From the NCBI GenBank assembly GCA_963719035.1, contig CAVRAO010000002.1:544001-608000 (forward strand): 64,000 nucleotides of DNA. Direction: 5' to 3'. Source of the stretch: Methanobacteriota archaeon. GTDB taxonomy: Archaea; Halobacteriota; Bog-38; Methanoflorentales; Methanoflorentaceae. The notes under the pieces were generated by a model, which had not been told where the DNA came from, did not search any database, and saw only the letters and a list, made by a program, of their open reading frames with translations. A program made the translations under genes and the position numbers. This document shows positions 60,336 through 64,000 of the stretch, piece after piece (positions within the stretch are counted from its first letter, which is position 1; every line of letters begins with the position of its first letter).

Positions 60336-60568
60336 CCTCTCCTACGCTGCTCTCAGGCTTTTTTCATAAACATTTTAGACTAACGAGAGCTCGCTACGCT
60401 GCTGCAATGAATTGTTATATACTGAATATTAAGCATTTTCACGATTCGTGCATACGAGATTATTGGCGTTTGCTTAATCACTAAATTCCGTCTGTCGTCC
60501 AGTCTATGCAAGTTTTTGAGATCGCGATGCCTAAGCTTGCGTTCGACGTGCTCGAAGCGGAAGAGTAT

Positions 60569-61024
60569 TCACCAATATTTCTTACCTGCAAGAAACGCAT
60601 CGACGCCGTGTTTCTGTATTTTTTTAAGATTCTTAATGTTCGCGTCTCCGTGTGCTGGCGTTAGAAAATTAAATTTATCACACGTTTCAAAGTCGTTACA
60701 CTCCCAGCACCCCTGAAAGTCGTGCTTGCGGGCACAATTCCTAATCTTGCACTGCGGTGGCCCTCCGTTGTCGCGGCATCCACGTTTGCATCGGAGCTTC
60801 ACCATGGCTCCTAACGTTTCATAGCACTGTGGATAATTAGCGAAGGGCTTAAAAACTACCGCTAGTGCTGGGGCGATACGTTCAAATCGATACTCACGTA
60901 GCTTCCTTCTCAGATCTCGAGCTAGATCTGGTATCTCTCCCGCGTTCGGGCAGTTATCGCAGCATAGCCCGCAGTAAGCGATCCGATGGATACCTTCGTT
61001 TGGTTCACTAGCATGTGTAGTCAT
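60569..61024 (-). CDS. DUF3795-like Cys-rich protein
   Basis: IAYCGLCCDNC...CKRGCR...CKIRNCA...CWEC..FETC. Confidence 0.8.
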   Translation of the reverse strand: MTTHASEPNEGIHRIAYCGLCCDNCPNAGEIPDLARDLRRKLREYRFERIAPALAVVFKPFANYPQCYETLGAMVKLRCKRGCRDNGGPPQCKIRNCARKHDFQGCWECNDFETCDKFNFLTPAHGDANIKNLKKIQKHGVDAFLAGKKYW

Positions 61025-61310
61025 TGTGCATCACTAAGAAGACGAAGTTGTTATACATCACGATTAAGCGTGTTATAGTGCCTACTAACAAGTGACACAT
61101 TAGAGTTTATATTATGACGTAAAATCGCTATAGTTGTTACATTCATTTTTTTATCTCTCTATCTGTCTTACTGTCGCCAGAGCTTTTCTTAAGTACTCTT
61201 AAGGTGAGGAATAGCATTGGAGATCAAAATGTAAGCAAGCTACTCCGCTCAACAAGCAGCTTGCAGTTGAGCTGTTGTATTTTTTACTCTACGGAGATAT
61301 ATGAAGCTTT

Positions 61311-62144
61311 TTAAAGTGATCTTTTAGGCGGAGGAAAATCGCAAAATTCAAGAGTCCTAACGACGATGACTCTTACTGGAGCATTTTTGACTATCTCATC
61401 TGCGACGCTCCCCAAGATAAACTTGAGCCGTTTAGACCGCTCCGTAGCTCCGATCATGAGCAGATCGTAGTTCCCTGTCTCTGCCTCGTGTAGTATCGTC
61501 TGCGCGATTGGACCTTTTTTAACCACCGACGTGAATTCGATATCAAGTCCTTTAAAAAACGCTCCGATTCTTTCCACAGCTTCAGAGCCTACTTCTCCCT
61601 CTGAAACACTCATAGCCGTGACTTTGCCGCCCGGTCGTTCAACGAGGTTCTTCGCAACTTCAGCAGCCCTCTCTGAGTGTTTATATCCTGATGTAGGGAC
61701 GAGAATTTTTCTAAATCGCGTTTTCGAACCTCGGATATAGCTCATCGATATAACTTCGCAGCATGCGTGCCTAATTACGTGGTTGAACACATCTCCAAGC
61801 ACCACTGATTCGCGCAGCGAACGCAGGCTTGCGCCCATCAATATTACGTCTGACCCCCAGTCCATTGACTTTTCAACTATGACTTCCGCCGCGCTTCGGG
61901 CAGCTACTATCGAGTATTGCATACGTACGTCCGGCTTGTCGCGAGGGCATATCATTATGCCTTGCAACAGTTGTCGCGCTTTCTGCTTTTCCTCGTCAGC
62001 ATATGAATACGGGAGGTGGTAGGGTACTTGTATGACGTGCAACACGTGGAGGGTCCCTTTTGGATCAACAAGCTTAGATGCTATCTCCATCATCTGTTCG
62101 GCCGTTTCAACAAATGAGACCGTCACTAAGATATTGTTGTACAT
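61311..62144 (-). CDS. Universal stress protein (tandem USP domains)
   Basis: YNNILV..., FRKILVPTSG..., DLLMIGA...ILGSVADEIVKNAP. Confidence 0.88.
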   Translation of the reverse strand: MYNNILVTVSFVETAEQMMEIASKLVDPKGTLHVLHVIQVPYHLPYSYADEEKQKARQLLQGIMICPRDKPDVRMQYSIVAARSAAEVIVEKSMDWGSDVILMGASLRSLRESVVLGDVFNHVIRHACCEVISMSYIRGSKTRFRKILVPTSGYKHSERAAEVAKNLVERPGGKVTAMSVSEGEVGSEAVERIGAFFKGLDIEFTSVVKKGPIAQTILHEAETGNYDLLMIGATERSKRLKFILGSVADEIVKNAPVRVIVVRTLEFCDFPPPKRSL

Positions 62145-62434
62145 GGGTTTTCATTAAGTGCTGTTTTGCTCAGCTTATGAGCTTTAACAAACCTCACAAG
62201 TTGAAGGGACCTGCGGCCTCCGTAAAAGAGGAGAAGCGGAAATAGCAGCAGATACTTTAGATCCAAGGTGAGAATGAAAAGCATAAAAAAAATCACTGAA
62301 GCAGCAAATATTAGCCCCCCAAGCGTAAAACGAAAGAGAAGCAAACCCCGAGCTCCAGCCCCCATCATACGGACTGATAAAACGTCCTCCTCCGTTGGGG
62401 TAGACCAATCACGTAACGTTTCAATGATGTTCAT
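62126..62434 (-). CDS. Small 2-TM membrane protein
   Basis: Two hydrophobic segments; lies between the permease and USP, overlapping the USP start. Confidence 0.6.
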   Translation of the reverse strand: MNIIETLRDWSTPTEEDVLSVRMMGAGARGLLLFRFTLGGLIFAASVIFFMLFILTLDLKYLLLFPLLLFYGGRRSLQLVRFVKAHKLSKTALNENPCTTIS

Positions 62435-62478
62435 CGCTTCTTTCGTTCTATATGCACAGCGTTATTTCTTGTTATGCA

Positions 62479-64000
62479 TTACGGTTCATCCTTGTGAGAC
62501 CCCTCCGCGTCCTCCAAGCGTCTCTCAGCGCTTTCCTTGGCACTGTCCTCAGGTCTTTCTTCTTCAGCACTTCCTTCGGCGTTTTCCTTAACAATTTCCT
62601 CGGCGTGTTCCCCAATCTCCGCTATTCCCTCTATTTGTTCTAACTCCTTTTCTTCCTCAAGGATGCTGGTTGAAGGGGTAATCTCAAAAACGTCAGGATG
62701 AAGCTTTGCCGCATTTTCCGGAGAGGTGAGAAGCGTACCCTCAATGGGCTCATTTAGCTTAAGGCCATGCTGTTTTCTGTAAGCGTAGTAGGCGAGAATT
62801 CCGATAATAAACCAGACTGTCCCGAAAATGCGGCCCACCTCGTGCAAGCTCAGCACGAGGATCCAGACGATCAGGTTGATCACAAACCCAAGAACTGCCA
62901 ACAGTGGCAGTTCTACAGTCCCTTTTTTTCGTTTGACGCGTATCGTCAGCGGCGACCGGAATGGTCGATAGAGTTCTGGTCGTTTGTTACGCAGCTTGAT
63001 AAGCGACAGATTCGTCAGCATAAAAGCGATCAACGCCCCGTAATTGTACAAATCAGCTAAGATAATCGTGGGGTCTTCAGTCGTAAGGTCGTATACGTTG
63101 ACTAAGTAAACGAACAATATAAAACCAAGAGAAGCAAGCGTGAAGACGACAATCGTACGATGTGGAACACGAAACTTAGGATGGACCTTGCTAAACCAAG
63201 CCGGCATTATATTATGCCTGCCCATAGAGTAGGTCACCCGTGAAGAGCCAATAACTCCTGTGTTCGACGATACCGCAACGATGGTAAAACCGAGCAGGCC
63301 AACCCACAGCGGCAGCAACGTGTACAGAAAGCTGCTTGAGCCAAGTTCATTTACCACCCCTCGAGCGACTCCGGCGACCGGATCAGTCTGATATGTCGTT
63401 GCTATGTCAAGCGGCGTCAGCGTTCTCAACCCAACGGATAATAAGGCAATGGTCAACGCGACAACGATTACGGCTATTGTCAAGGAAAACGTCGTACGAG
63501 GAATTGTCTTACCCGGATTTTTAGTCTCTTCAGCAGCTTGCGAGAGTGATTCCAACCCGATATACGAAACCATCGCAACGGTGACTGCCCATCCAAAATT
63601 AGACCATGATACGCCAGTACCAAGCTGTGACAGGTTGGAAACGGCGATCGGAGCAGACCACGCGATAATGAACCCCAAACCGATAACCACGATCTCGCTG
63701 AAGATATCTACCACACACATTACGGCGTTGAAAGACGCAGACTCCTTAATACCGATCAAATTCAGCACTATCAAGAATATAATGAAAACAACCGTCCCCA
63801 TCACCTGGAACGTATAGTCTCCCTGCGCGTTTGAGAAATTGACAACTGAGAGCCAATCGAGAATTGGATAGCCTGCATTTGCAAGGTTTTTTGCGAATCC
63901 GCCTAAATACCCCATCGTAAACCACGCAAATATTGCGATACATATCGTATAGTCTAACAGAAGACCCCAGCCCGCTAAGAAACTATAGAAATCCCCGAAC
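62479..64000 (-). CDS. APC-family permease with acidic C-terminal tail (N-terminus beyond the window)
   Basis: Frame open to the window end (FGDFYSFLAGWGLLLDY...); SYIGLES..QAAEETKNP, SRVTYSMGR. Confidence 0.9.
   Translation of the reverse strand, partial: FGDFYSFLAGWGLLLDYTICIAIFAWFTMGYLGGFAKNLANAGYPILDWLSVVNFSNAQGDYTFQVMGTVVFIIFLIVLNLIGIKESASFNAVMCVVDIFSEIVVIGLGFIIAWSAPIAVSNLSQLGTGVSWSNFGWAVTVAMVSYIGLESLSQAAEETKNPGKTIPRTTFSLTIAVIVVALTIALLSVGLRTLTPLDIATTYQTDPVAGVARGVVNELGSSSFLYTLLPLWVGLLGFTIVAVSSNTGVIGSSRVTYSMGRHNIMPAWFSKVHPKFRVPHRTIVVFTLASLGFILFVYLVNVYDLTTEDPTIILADLYNYGALIAFMLTNLSLIKLRNKRPELYRPFRSPLTIRVKRKKGTVELPLLAVLGFVINLIVWILVLSLHEVGRIFGTVWFIIGILAYYAYRKQHGLKLNEPIEGTLLTSPENAAKLHPDVFEITPSTSILEEEKELEQIEGIAEIGEHAEEIVKENAEGSAEEERPEDSAKESAERRLEDAEGSHKDEP

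Noticed and set aside
1-64000. tRNA, rRNA, transposase or integrase genes
   Set aside because: No cloverleaf or T-loop signature, rRNA-like tract, or DDE/tyrosine-recombinase ORF was recognised by eye.

Overview
Archaeal chromosomal segment of about 50% GC. The gene set (MfnA, PINA, pelota, L37e-Sm, SepF-ZPR1, HypF, DGGGP synthase, PEF-CTERM proteins) points to a Halobacteriota/Methanomicrobia-like lineage; this is inference. Bases 1-40.8 kb are mostly conserved housekeeping genes. Bases 40.9-64 kb are accessory: four tandem zinc-ribbon RDD paralogues, an 11-bp x4 repeat, a GC-richer nitrogenase-like D-K-H operon with a small Cys/His protein, a Mrr-like nuclease, lipoproteins, transporters and a multi-PAS kinase. 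Main leads: (1) a nitrogenase-like reductase that keeps all six P-cluster Cys but lacks the FeMoco His ligand, with no nifB/E/N in the window; (2) decay of the isoprenoid genes upstream of RNase J (IPK remnant, internally deleted IDI-2); (3) a duplicated module with a GTGACA-N9-TGTCAC palindrome and an unannotated 4-Cys microprotein; (4) a cluster of surface CxxC/PEF-CTERM proteins. Several single-base frameshifts suggest residual sequencing indels. I found no tRNA, rRNA or CRISPR array. All family assignments come from motif recognition by eye, with no database search.
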